DNA of 64,000 nt, taken from assembly GCA_051294375.1 (NCBI GenBank), contig CM119264.1, forward strand, positions 15,092,682 to 15,156,681. The letters run 5' to 3'. Both the position numbers and the translations under genes were made by a program. Shown piece after piece: positions 27,001 through 64,000 of this stretch. The DNA is from Paraspadella gotoi. Lineage: Eukaryota; Animalia; Chaetognatha. The stretch's first letter is position 1, and each line of letters opens with the position of its first letter. The notes under the pieces were generated by a model. That model searched no databases, was not told the DNA's origin, and was given only the letters and a program-made list of their open reading frames with translations.

Positions 27001-27077
27001 TGGACTCCGTCTTCTTCGACGGGAAGAGATGGAGGAGGGTGGAAGAGACGATGATGGCGGTCAGGCCGAAGGAATGA
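19961..27077 (+). CDS. Secreted fibrinogen-related protein: signal peptide, coiled coil, ~9 CxxCPxGxY (ephrin-receptor-like/GCC2_GCC3) repeats, C-terminal FReD
   Basis: Approximate exons 19961-20235, ~20665-20903, 23235-23477, 23631-~23791, ~24010-24190, 24333-24417, 24515-24754, 24822-25037, 25235-25363, 25473-25640, 26080-26625, 26782-27077. Start MEVSKKSLIIYFLLNYLWFVLA is signal-like. Repeats include CVPCSPGRY, CLQCPVGTF, CIDCRRGFY, CLACPAGFY, CIPCPTGTY. FReD motifs GGRWLIIQR, YVAGFGD, FWLGLDRLHRLT, YDDFAV, FSTPSLDN, GAGWWFQC, MMAVRP. The N gap at 22165-22868 may hide exons. Confidence 0.85.
22165..22868. other. Assembly gap; others at 12334-12483, 13884-14042, 14209-14508, 40303-40723 plus several 10-N gaps
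   Basis: Runs of N. Confidence 0.99.
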
Positions 27078-28660
27078 GGAATGAGGAATGAGGAATAGAA
27101 AAATGGATTGGATTAACAGAAAACAATGACTATGGTAGTAAAAAACAGGCTGAAAGAAATTAAAATGAAAAAGTCATGGAATGAATGGAGAAAAGGGGAG
27201 TTTTAATTACAATGGATAAAATCACAATGATATGGATCAAGGCCAAATCAGTAGGATTACGAAGTCGCAAAAAAACAATAGAAAAAGATTAACTTTGTGA
27301 TGCAAAATGCATTATTTGTCACTTCTGCTTTTTCGAATTCCCTTTTTTTATTATCTATTTTGAAATTGCGTCTGACAAAAAGCGTCTAACACGATTTGGC
27401 GTTATCGAGTTTACTAGAGTATAATGCAGTCTCAGTCTGTTTCCTATTCCCTTTTTCTTTTTTTTTCACTCTTTTTGATTTTTTTTTCTCTGGCCTTTTC
27501 CGGCCTTTTCCCCCCATTCCGGTCTTTTCTTTTCCCCATCCGGCCGAGTGACCCGCAGACGCCGACGACGACAAAGAACAAACAAAATTGACACGAGTTT
27601 TTTTCCCTCGATTTGTTTAAGTTCGTGGTTCGAAGCATCGGAGGTTGAAAGAGAAGAAAGGGAGGAATAGAACTTAGAAGTTAGAAGAGAAAGGAGGAAG
27701 TGGAAATAGAAGTATTAAGAGGAAAAGAATGTAAAAGAGAGAGTAAAGCCAAAGGAGAGAGGAGATACTCAGATGAGGTTTAGGATAAAGGGCAATATCG
27801 AAAGCACGAGAAAAAGTAAGAGGCCTTTCTTTCCTTTTCGTTAGTTTTACTTATATTTATACGTACTTAATATTACTTATATGAGTTTGTAGAGTCATGG
27901 CATGCACTATTTTTAATCACTTATAGTTATACTTTTTTAATATGAGCAGGTTTGCTCTTACGAAGATTAAAACACGTTTTCTAAAAGTTGATCCAGTTGA
28001 ATAAAATTTTATGTAATAATTAATTTCGTCCTGGATTTTATTTGTAATGGTATATATAGCGATTGAAAACAAAAGGTAACGTAAAAAATTCTAAATTCTT
28101 ACCAGATGTCGCATGCTTTTGAACAAAAGTAAACAATTGAACAATTGACGGCGACGAACCTAATAAGAACAGAATCATTGAAAGTTACAGTGCGTCACTA
28201 GAACTCGGGGGGGGGGAAAGAAACTTAGAATATTGAATTATCGTTATTTAATCGCAGTAAAAAATTATATCGCAAAAAGATTAAACAATTAATCATGACA
28301 CAAATAATTCGCAATATTTTTCGCCATTCATTATTGCTGCGTTGGTTTGAAGCTGATTGACGCGATGATCATAAATATAATACTATCCGCTAAATGATTT
28401 AATTCTTCACTGTACAAAATTTACACAAAGCTTTAATTAATTCAAGTCATAAATGAAAAAAAAACCCAGACAGACCAGGGTAGAAAGCGAAACGAATAAA
28501 AAAGGCACTTAATGTGTAAATATTTTTTTTAAAAAACCAAACGGAAGACTAAGATAGAAGGAATCACAGATGATGGCGGGAGGGCGGAGAATCACGGAAA
28601 ATGGAAGGAAAAAGTAATCCATGGCCGGCGATCCATGGCGCGAGAAGCGAGCGTCGACAA

Positions 28661-52984
<24,324 letters not shown>

Positions 52985-53407
52985 AATTAATTCCGGTCCT
53001 AAAAAAAACAGTTAAAATTCTAAAATAAATAATAATAATAATAAACAATAATGCATCGAGATTGTATTGTTGAATTTTACGAGAAACGAGTCAGAAAAAA
53101 CTGACGCCGAATTGTCGGCGAGTTTTTCAACTCGGAATAATCTACGATCACGAAAGCGGGAAAACTCAAAATCATTTCACCCATATTTCTCACCCCAAAC
53201 TTTCGACGGTTTTTCCAAGCTTTGGAGATTGATAGAAAAGAAGCAACAAAAAAAATGCAGTTAATCAAAACTGCGCTAAGATAAGAAAAAAATACTTTTT
53301 TTTGTTGGTTGGCATTCAACTCTGCTGATAAGAGACCCTGAGCGGGAGATTATAACTCGGGTACCGATTTTTCTTTTTTTATTTAATTTTGTTGACGGTT
53401 GCCTTTA

Positions 53408-53669
53408 CAGATCTGGTCAAAAAAAAGTTTAATAGTTATGATAAAAGCATTTCATTTCGTTATTTGAAGGAAAATAATATTTTTAGGATTCAGTTAGTTA
53501 ATACATTGTCGGACCACCTCCCTGCAATGAAGGAAAAAGTTGTAGAGGCTTCGCTCGAATGAAAGATATTTGTCTTGGCTTTCAAATGAACCCAAGTTTT
53601 AATTAATAGGACGACAGACAAGCGAGATAGTAGGGGGTTTAAAGTTTAAACTTTTTTTGACCAGATCTG
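53408..53669. mobile_element. MITE (Tc1/mariner type)
   Basis: TA-CAGATCTGGTCAAAAAAAAGTTTAA ... TTAAACTTTTTTTGACCAGATCTG-TA; 262 bp. Confidence 0.85.
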
Positions 53670-54010
53670 TATTCAGAACCTCAGCAGCAAGAATTAGACT
53701 CTATAGAATTTGAAAACATTATACGTAAAGCAAGGAGCTCGCCAGGGAGAGGTAGAAAGATATTGACAGACCGACAGACAGACAGAGAGTGGAACAGAAA
53801 CGCTTACCTTTGTCAATACGGGTGAATCCAAGTTAAGTTCCTGAGTTTTATGTTCGGTTCAATTTTTCAATTTCAAAAAGCGACGCGGCAAGCGAATCGT
53901 GGTTGACATCACAGAATCCCCGCGAAAAAATGTGAGACCGAAAATAGTATTTGTCGAAGCTGCAAGGTGGAAGCCGAGATTACTTCTTAGACTGTCACTT
54001 CAATTCAAAC

Positions 54011-54074
<64 letters not shown>

Positions 54075-54868
54075 CGCAATTCCCTCTCTTAACTTTAAAG
54101 ATAAGCGAGGGAAAAAAATAAATATAAATTAATTTAGAAACTCAAAACTCGGTGATTCGTTGCGTTGAGGAAATTAATTTTAAAGTCCACTCCGACAGAA
54201 AATCTGCGTGCGGTTGTTTTCCCCTCGTCGATGACGATTTTGAGAACGAATCCAATTTTTTACTTAAAGGGATGCGTCTATACATGCTTGAGTGATGATT
54301 CGTTTGTATCGTTGCCAAATATCGAACTTTTGCTCGAAAATATTTTATTTATTGTTTCATTCGTTGGGATTTTTTTTTTCCGCAGTTTTTGTGACAAAAA
54401 AAATAATTTTCAGACGCTCGATTCCAAATTCCTTTCTCCCGATTCTCTTGATTCTCTTTCCTCTTCTATCTTGTTCTGTGGGTTGGAACTCTGTACCCTC
54501 TCACGGCGCAAAGCAAAGGGATTATTTCGCCCACACTGACAATACTATGAAATTGGTAAAACCAATATAAAATATTTGAGAGAAGGCCTAATGCCGAGGT
54601 TGAGTATTGAACGAGTAATTGAACGAATTTGAAAATAGTACGAATGGGTGATAATCACTTCATTTCTCGGGCAGAAGCGTCGGAATCGTTTCATCAAGAA
54701 AAAAGTTAAAAGAGAAAGTGAAAGAGAAATAAACACGAATCTCCGTGATAACCCAAACGAATAATCGACACCGACTTTAGGAGTCCACAAAAGGGAGGAG
54801 AACAAATTTTGAGAAACGAAAAAAAAATCGGACCGTCACTTTTGGCCTCGGCTCTGAAATGAATTCGT

Positions 54869-54921
<53 letters not shown>

Positions 54922-55637
54922 ATTAAATATAAATAGCAGGAAAGCACTTCCAACTTTCCGGGAATAACTTCCCAATCGGTTTACATTACTCCGCGTTGGT
55001 TGTTATATTCGATCGTTTTTTTTCGACGTCGAGTATCAATTTGTATAAGAAACTCGGTTTTTCTGTTTCTTCCTTTCCCCCACTCACTCTCCCTCTCTCC
55101 CTCTTTCCCACCCCCTTTCTATTTCTCGTTTAACTTTTCAGGTTGGCTCAACCTTTTTAGAATGGTTGCGTCACTTCAGCTTCGGGCTGACTCGTGTATA
55201 TTTTCTGATGATTCACTCAAGGAGACAATAGGAATCCAAGGATCAATTTTCTCATTTGTATGAAATTGGTACAACCAATAAAAAATTATCCATTCATTGG
55301 ACAGGCTTTGGTGGTTTTAGGCCTCCATCACTCTTACAAAATAATGACATAGGAGGTCCCTACAGTATGAAAAGTTGTAAATGTTATACATTTGGGACGA
55401 GAAATTGCTTTCTCATTTTAGATAGTGAGAAATATATCCCATTTGCCCCTCTTGGAGCTCAACATGTGTTTGGCATTGATGCGTAACCAAAACAATCGAT
55501 GAGCAACGAAGTTGAATTTCACCGCGATGCATCCCGATAATTCGTCCAAGATTGATAGAGAAAAAACAAGTGAGCAAACAATGCCGGATCTGCCCACGGT
55601 CATTAGTGGTAAGCAGCTGATCAGATAATTAATTAGA

Positions 55638-55926
55638 ATTTGTTTACGTACAACAAGTTTTATTAAGAAACATAAATTTCGGACATGTTTCGCCTTCAAT
55701 GTAAACTGTAATAAAATCATCGGCGCAAAAACGAATTGATTTGTGAAACAAATATTTTTACAAATTTTAAAGTTTGAAGAAAGAAAGAGACAGAGAAAGA
55801 ATCGGTAAAAATATTTGTTTTACAATATTTGTTTCACAAACCTGTTTTTGCGCTGATGAAAGGTTACATTGATGCTGAAACATGTCCAAAATTTATGTTT
55901 CTTTATAAAACTCTATGTAAACAATT
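55638..55926. mobile_element. Second inverted-repeat element with degenerate hammerhead motifs
   Basis: Arms ~55638-55760 and ~55806-55926 are reverse-complementary. Right arm has CTGATGA(55853)...GAAACATGTC(55877-55886); left arm has the reverse counterpart with CCGATGA. Confidence 0.5.
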
Positions 55927-57212
55927 TATTTTATACCTCAAACAAAAATTTTATACAATTATATATTTATTATACAATTATAAAATTTATGTTATTGAAC
56001 AAAAAATGTATATTATTTCGCAAACTAAGACTCGACGCTAGAGGGAAAACAAAATTAAATTAAATAAATTAACAAAGCACCGACCGGTGGTAGCTAAAGT
56101 TGGTTGCGGACATCAAATAGTAAAATTACCCATTTAAAAAAAATTATTTTTAATTTTATTAAAAAAATAAATAAATAAATATTTCCAAGTAGTTTTTCAA
56201 AAGCCGCCAAAACCGTGGTCGGCGAAAGTAAAATTTGGCCCTAATTTATTAAAATTAATTAATTCAGCTTTAATTTACATTTAATATAAACAGAATAAAA
56301 CAATGTTTTTTCCATTTTAACTCCTTTCCACTTTAAGAAAAAGGGTCATTCAAATTTTCAACTTCAAAATAGGCCAAAATGGAGTACAAATTCAGAAAGC
56401 TGAGCTCCTGGCGATTCCGAAAATGTATTCACTTTAAACATTTGATGCATTCTACCCCATTTTATATCGGTTTTAATTATAATATAAGGGACAAGATAGC
56501 TTATTTATTAAATGAATGGATAATTTTTATATTGGTTTGTACCAATTTCATAAAATAAAAAGAAACCTATCTGAAGAGTTGCAGGTCAAACGAAAAGGCC
56601 AATCCATCTGATATTTTTTATGAATTTTTTATTAGTGAATTCGAAAAATATAATAGACATTTTTTAAATTTCAACTTGTAACCTAGAAAATGAAACGTTT
56701 TTAAACTTTAACCCTGAATTCTTTCTAACTGGAACGCGTTTATCAAAATGTCTCTCTATTACATTTTTACAAATGTTTTTAAGATTGCTAATCAAATTTT
56801 AATTCAATATTATTTGCTGCAACTCTTCAAATTCAGTGTAGATTCATTGTAGCTCGAATTTCTTTACCATCTATTTAACTGAAGATTTTGTTCATGACTG
56901 GAAAACCAACAGAGTAACGAGATTAATTGTTTAATTCTCCCCTTCAAAACTAACCCATACCATGTTTTAACTTCTTACCTAGAATTTTTTAACAAACAGA
57001 TTGAAAAACAAATCTTTAAAAAATTGCTTACCCATTTAACTTAACAATTTTGTTATTTACCCATTTAAAAAAAATGATTAAAAACAGAATGTTTACATAT
57101 AAATAAAAACTTATTTTTTTGTGATTACTGATGATTATAATGTATTTCTCGATATATTAGCTCTAATACATCAATGATTACGTATTGTTATGCTGAATGA
57201 CCTTTCCTCTTG

Positions 57213-57936
57213 ACATCACGCATAAAACGGGGTAAATCTTTTCGCAATCGAGTAAACAAAAAGATTTCGAAATCTTCTTTACCGTTTTTTTAAATTTAGA
57301 TTTTTTTTTCAGGATTTCTTTTTCTATATTTTTTTCCTGTAATTTTTTTTTAAAGAATTAATTACTAATTACTAAGGCTTTTATTAAATAATCTATACAA
57401 AATATCGAGAATGGTTTATTTCTTTAAACCTTTCATTCAAAAATTCAAGTCATTGCTATGGTAAGAAAGAAAGAATAAGAGGAGGATGAAGCAGATGAGT
57501 AGGGTGAAAATCAGAGAGAGAGAGAGAGAGAGAAAGAAGAGAGAGGTCGCGTGTTGATGCTGCCACAAGAGTTAGCAATCTTTGCAGGTATAGTTGGCGC
57601 GGTCAAACCAGAGTCATCAGAATATTCGGAGAATCTAAAATTTATGGTAAAAAGACAGATAAATCAAAAAAGAAAAGTAAAATCAGTTAAATTCTGTCAA
57701 GAATTCTTTCAAGAAGACTGTTCGCATTTCGTGCGGGCCATACCGTGAGACATATCCATGAATTTCAGTAACGAGTTGAAAGGTCTTTTCATCCTCTTGA
57801 ATTCGCCGTATGCGAACAAAAAATTTGTTCAGGGAAAATTAATAAAACGAAGAAAAGATAACTTAATTCGCGAATTCCAACTCGGTAAACGATAAACTAT
57901 CTTTTTTTCGGTTTTACCCCGTTTTATGCGTGATGT
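57213..57936. mobile_element. Element bounded by 24-bp inverted repeats
   Basis: ACATCACGCATAAAACGGGGTAAA (57213-57236) and TTTACCCCGTTTTATGCGTGATGT (57913-57936). Confidence 0.55.
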
Positions 57937-59995
57937 AACGATTCTATCGAAACTTGATTTTCTGCTCAATCACACACTTTCCTAGTCCTACCCACATACA
58001 AAATTTAAAGTCAATCACCCCATACAATCAGGAGTAATTGGCGTTCAAAGCTAAGGGACGGATGGACGGACGGACGGACATCAATTTATTTGCATAATTT
58101 ATCATAATTCGATGTTCTGACATGATTTAAGTGACTTACTGATTGGTGGGGCGGACCAACGGACAGATAAAGTGAAATATAGAGCCGGAATCTGCTGTAA
58201 GCAGATTCGGCTAAAAACCTGACGGACCAAGGAAGAATGGTGAAAAGTACAAAGTGAAGAAAATTTTAACCATCATCATGAAGTTTTCTTTTTCGAACAG
58301 GCTCAATCGATTTTTTTCCCCCCAGAGGATTATTTTGTTCAGTCTTCCCAACTTTCTCCTCGCGAATTCATTCTACGATGACGGGAAAAAATTCGGACAC
58401 AATTTGGCGGGTTTGTTTACTTCGCCTTCGTTTCGGGTCGGATCCCTGCATACTTCCTTCTTTCCTCTTCTTAGTCGTCGCAGGGAATCTTAGTGAATCT
58501 GACTACCCGGACCAAGGCGAGAGAAACATTTATCCATTCACTATTGCCATTTAAAAATCCTCACTTTCCACAATATTTTATTTCCAAGAATATTCCCCAA
58601 ATAATTGGTTATCATCGTATCAATAATTGGTTATCATCGCATCAATAACCAATTACTATTACATCAATCAATTACTATTAGTATTACATCATTAATTCGT
58701 TATCGCATCAATCATTCGTTTTTTTCCCGGATTTTTTCATAAATTTTCTTTGATAGTAAAGTCTAGCGACATTATAAGTTATGATAAATCAAATGGCTAA
58801 TTTTACTTTCGCCGACCGCGGTTTTACTCTTAACCATAAAAACCCCGGTCGGCGAAAATAAAAATAACCCAATCAGATTATTAAAATTTTTAAAAAATTA
58901 CATGAGCTTTTGAAATATAAAAATAAAGACCTATAAAAATATTTTGGTAAGTTTATTTTTAAATGTTATGTTTTATTAAAAGTTAGCTATATTAATTAAT
59001 AATTATGAATAAAAACTAGGCTAAAATTAAAAAATAATAATTTTAAAATTTTAATTGCGGATTCGAATTCCTTGCAAAAAGTTGATAAAAGAAAAGATAA
59101 TTTTTATTAAAAAAATATGTTATTAAGTTGGTAAAAATTTAAAAAAACTATATAATTTTAAACCAAAAATGGTAAAATTAAAAAATCTTAGTTTTTAACG
59201 TTTTTACCAAGAATTTGTTAAAATGGATTTTACTTTCTGATATCAACTTTTTGCAAGGAATTCAAATCCGACTTTTAAAATTATTATTTTTTCACTTTAG
59301 CATATTTTTTAACTACTAATTATGAAAAAATATAGCTAACCATATGTTAATAAAATATTAAATTTTTCATATTATGTAAGCTAAATATGATTTTTATAAA
59401 ATTTTAATAATTTGAGTTTCTCATACTCGACAATGTTTGCACCATTTTAATAGCACCTTATATGCTTCAAAAATTGCTATTTGCGACAAGTAAGATGAAA
59501 CTCTACCAAAAAATGGTTATCATCATCGAATTCTTTAGACCTTATTACGTTAAAATAATAATGAATGGAATTAAATATCTTATATTTTGTTATCTTTGAA
59601 TGCTCTACTAGACAGACTGCACTGACTTTCATAATTAAAAAGTTTGCCGAATTACAGTCACGTTAGAGAAACTGAGCGTGACTTAAGCAAAACTTTTCTT
59701 TGCAAATTAAATTGAGGAGAAATGAATTTGTTTGAAGAGATAAAAACCATGTTTCATGAAATTTTATGTTGAAAAACACATTTGAGGCATGTAAAATGTA
59801 ATTTCTCAAAAACGACTACATATCATTGCAACGATTAACACTGGTGACTAGAATTAATAACAAAAATTAAAACTGAAATTGTCTTAACCAATGCAAATAA
59901 GAAAAATTTGCAATTAAATGATATACCAAAAAAATCATGTAAAAATTCAAGGTTCATATCCAGAATTACCAAGATTACCACTTAACAATCTCAGT

Positions 59996-61436
59996 TTAAG
60001 AACTTAGGAATGAAAGTTTTTTAAAGGCGTCATCTTCGTCCTTGATCTCGATCATGGAGACACAATGTTGTGTCGGCGATTTGGCATCCCTCCAACCTAA
60101 AATAGAAATCAGCAAAAATGTAATTGTCTTTTTAAAGATAATCTTTAAAAACTAGTTATTATAACGTTAGTAAACCTCTAGAAGGCGGAGGGGGTGAGAC
60201 ATTGAATCCTTCAAGAGACGGTGTGGCGAAAGGATACGGCGGCGGTGATGGCGGGAGAACGATGGCGGGCGGTACAAGCGTGGCGGCGCAGGTGAGGCGC
60301 GGACTCTCTGCGAAAATTAAAGGATCGAATCGGTTCGTCAAAAAATTTCACCCACTTTCCCTTACCTTCGGGAACAGAGAACCGCGCGTTCGGCGGACTC
60401 TCGGAGATTGGGGAAAAGGATGGCGAGGGCGAGAGCGGCGGGTAAAAGGGATGAGACATGAAGAGAGTAGAGGGATCCTCGCTTATTAGGGGAGATGAAG
60501 GTGGAGGAGTCGTTTCTAAGAAAAGATGATAAAACTTGTAACTACGGACAATCGGACATTGTCATGACTCATGACTCATAGAACATGTTTTTCCGAATAA
60601 GGTCGTTAGTGAGGAAAGAGATCAGTACCGTTGATGGGGGACCACGAGTTTAGATTGAAAGGATTGGCAGGCGGGGTCAGCATCGGTGACTCCTCCGCCA
60701 TCTCTTCTCGCGATGGGGGCGATAGCGAATCTTGTGGTGGCAACAACGGCGGTCGAGACGTCGCGTATGACAACCGGTTGAGGCATTGGGTGACGCCAAG
60801 GATGCCTCCTACTTCTACCTGGACGAGGATCCAGACAAAATCTAAAAAAAATGAGGGAATTTAGTTCAGTACCACTAATTTTCTTTTAACTTGCGCACGT
60901 AGATATTTTCATCAGTTATTTTCTAGTTTGCGAACCTCCAAAAAACGACCCAGTTGGCGACGCCATCCTCCATTGTGACTGGTAGAGCCCGGGCGATGAG
61001 GGGCTCGTTAAGGTCACAGTCAAATCCACACTCTGAAAATGTTTCGCGAACAATTTGCCATACGATTTTTTTTTTTTTTTTGAGGGGAGGAAACACGTTA
61101 CCACCTGTCCAGGTTGTATCGGTTCTACTACGAAGCGATCCTGTTCCCCCAAGCACGTTCCGCCCACGAAACGAAGACAACTTCCTGGCAGCCACTGATC
61201 TGAGCCAGAGTTACGAATTCGCCAAGTCTTGTGGAATCGCGTTCCGGGCGAAACGCTCTCCCCATCCGCGAAGGTCACGTCCTAGAAAACAATCACAACA
61301 CTGTGTTCATTAAGAAATGAAGCCATTTATTTGGTAAAAACCTACTTCGCACAAGGTCATGTCAAATTTGTCGTTTTCTGGTGGAAGGCCTGAAGTCTGC
61401 CAGTCGTAAAAGGCCCCAATTGCGGCGTGGATGTTC
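59996..61436 (-). CDS. ILRUN: ILRUN / C6orf106 orthologue (end of UBA-like domain plus NBR1-like FW domain); 5' exon(s) not found, probably beyond the window
   Basis: Spliced translation NIHAAIGAFYD..DVTFADGESVSPGTRFHKTWRIRNSGSDQWLPGSCLRFVGG..SPSSPGLYQSQWRMASPTGSFFGDFVWILVQVEVGGILGVTQ matches the ILRUN pattern. Pro/Ser-rich C-terminal exons ~60629-60841, 60366-60516, 60176-60307, 59996-60096. Confidence 0.92.
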
Positions 61437-63067
61437 CTATAAAAAATTAAAATACTAATATACATTATATAGTCATGTGCAAAAAAACCCAAAAAAAAAC
61501 GCGCCACTTTATATGAGCCTAGATACCTCATAGGAGAGCTAATTTTAATTAATTTTTTTATATATTTTTATGCCAATATGTCAATATTCACTTACAAAAA
61601 ACCGTTTTAAAATTCCTACAATAGTTTCCAAGATAAGGTCATAAACGTAAGCCTTAAAAAACAAAATTTATCAGAATAAAATTTTCAAGTTTCTCTAAAG
61701 ATTTCTGACGCGCTAGTACTAACTATTTAAAAAAAATAGAAAACGTTTCGCTGATTTCTTCAAGCATTTACCATAAATGAGTTATACGTGGGTAGTACCC
61801 AATTTCGGCAAAGCGGGAGTATCTCACTTAATCCTATTGGTACAATACTTAAATTTTAATATAAAACTTGAAGAAAAATTTGTCGTCATCTAGAGACATA
61901 TCACTTTCAGTTGTACCCAGTGGGCCTATCTAGGAAAAAAGTATATCACAAAATTCATTTATTCAATAAATAGTATACAAAACATGGGTATATGTATTCC
62001 TTTCCTCGGCATTGACTAATGACTACTGCCTGCATTTATCTGGGCATGCTCTCATACAGCAAATTAGGGTATGACAGTGAAATGTTTTTCTACATCTTTA
62101 ACACAATTCTTTTCAGAACCGATATTAATATTGCGCGTCTTTCCCTTTTTTCTGAGAGCTATAATAGCACTTAGTAACATTGTAACAATATTTTTTTGCC
62201 TGTAACTTCTACCCCGTGAGCCAAATCCGATGATACGAAAGAAAAATTAATTATACGTAAACTGTACGCCAATAAGAAAAATTTAGACCATTTGAAAGAA
62301 AAATCAATGACATTTTTAAAAATTTCAAAACATTGCTCACAAACGCTTTCAAACATTCTAAAAATACAATCCAAACTAGTAACAAAAAACTCGGCATCGT
62401 TAAAAAAATTATTATTCATGGAGCAAAAAACCTTGTCCAAAAGGAACTCTAATTTTATTACCATTAAAAATGTTGAATGCTGATAACCACTTTGGTTTCT
62501 GCTGGCAAACCTTTTAATAATAAATTACCACAAGAAAAAAAATCAGATTTTACAGGTTGGAACCTCACCTCACCTTCTCAAGCTGATCTTTCGGTAAAAA
62601 TTTCGTTAAAAAAATTTTATGCAGCCGATGCTGTGATGCACTGGTCCCTCTATTGAGCTTATACTACCAATTTTTCAAATTGTTTTGCCATAAGCCACTC
62701 CAGTTTCTTTAGTTTTTCAAGGGAGGACAAGCTAATTATAGGCAGTAAATACCCAATCTTCGTCTTGCCAATAATCCATTTGGCACAGAAAAGAAGTTTT
62801 GGAAATTGCTTATTCAGCCAGCTAGAATTGTTTGAATAAAGGCTAGAGTATCATTCTCCCAGGCACCATAAGGTTTATGGACATAGTAGAGGGCAAAAAA
62901 GCCCAAATATATCGGTACCAGGGTCTTAAAATCTTAATACAAAATTGTTTATTGCACTTGATTTTTAACAAATATGATTCGCGACAATTTGGCGATTTTA
63001 GCATCTTCATGAGAAAAAAAGATTTGAAGTTGTTAATGATAATGGATTAAATTAAAATTTATACATG

Positions 63068-63768
63068 AACAAGTTTGAGCAAACAATGTCGGATCTGCCC
63101 ACGATCATTATCGGTAATTAATTAATTAATAATTCAAATTAATTAACTTTAATTAATTATTTAATTAATTAATAATTAATTTAAGTTAATTATTTATTTA
63201 ATTAGACAATTAATTAATGTGATCCGAAATGTTTGTTTTGATTGATTGACTGATTAATTAATTATTGATTAATTAATACATCTTGCATTTACGTTTAAAA
63301 TAAAAATAAAAAAAGCATAATCAAATAGTGAAACTGGTTCTTTGTTTTTTCCATTTAAACTCATTTTCACTTAAACTTGATTTCCAGTTTAATCACATAC
63401 TTTTCTACCCAAATACAAAAATTTCAAGTCAATCCCCCATCCACTCATATGAGTAATAGTGAAATAATAATAATAATAGTGAAATATATTTTTTGGTTTT
63501 TTCCATTTAAACTCATTTCTACTCGGATGATTCCATCGAAACTTCATATCCAGCTCAATCACCCACTTCCCTACCCACACACAAAATTTCATATTAATCC
63601 ATCCGTGCAATCACGAGTAATTGGTGTATTTTGCTAAGTTGGGACGGACGGACAAACAGATGGATGGACATCGTTTTTTTTTGCATAATTTATCATAATT
63701 CGATATTCTGACATGATTTAAGTTAATGCCCGACAAAGTGAATTATAGTGAATTATATCGGGATCTGT
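63068..63768 (-). mobile_element. DINE-1/HINE-like element; partial copies also at ~25684-25980, 49090-49450, 55570-55630, 57950-58216
   Basis: Reversed family termini and GGAC/GGAT tract. Confidence 0.65.
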
Positions 63769-64000
63769 GGCGAACGGTTGCTTAACGTTGCCACGTGCGT
63801 CTCTGACTCCAAAAGTTTAGCTAAACAATAAAATGTTTTCCAGAACAAAGTCTTTTATTTGTTCGTTATTAAAAACAGACCTTAATAAAATAATCAAAGC
63901 ATATAGATATTCTATATGCATATCAACAAGGAAAAAGCAATAGCAAGCAATAGCAAGCAATAGCAAGCAATACTAATATTCGTTAAGAATCATTAATAAA

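Noticed and set aside
61700-63000. Possible decayed transposase or upstream ILRUN exons
   Set aside because: No recognisable motif or phase-consistent exon found.

Overview
Eukaryotic (invertebrate animal-like) genomic DNA: GC-richer exons, short AT-rich GT-AG introns, many (GA)n/(TC)n microsatellites and several N gaps. Most entries in the ORF track are microsatellite or gap artefacts, so I rebuilt the genes by hand from splice sites and reading phase. Genes supported: (1) a 9-exon, 737-aa minus-strand protein with three FHL-type LIM domains and an Ala/Asn heptad region (6249-10318); (2) a secreted protein combining coiled coil, ephrin-receptor-like/GCC2_GCC3 Cys repeats and a fibrinogen-C domain (19961-27077, +); (3) a p120/delta-catenin family armadillo gene of about 25 exons (28661-52984, -); (4) the 3' part of an ILRUN/C6orf106 orthologue (59996-61436, -). 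The catenin gene hosts two apparent nested genes: an antisense single-exon secreted precursor with 8 repeated amphipathic helices between basic cleavage clusters (30097-31248), and a same-strand 5-exon ~703-aa orphan gene (35171-40945). Also present: minimal hammerhead-ribozyme motifs in the arms of inverted repeats (Penelope-like signature), a DINE-1/HINE-like Helentron family with one self-nested copy, TA-flanked Tc1/mariner-type elements and tRNA-like SINE heads. All exon boundaries are manual predictions without RNA evidence.
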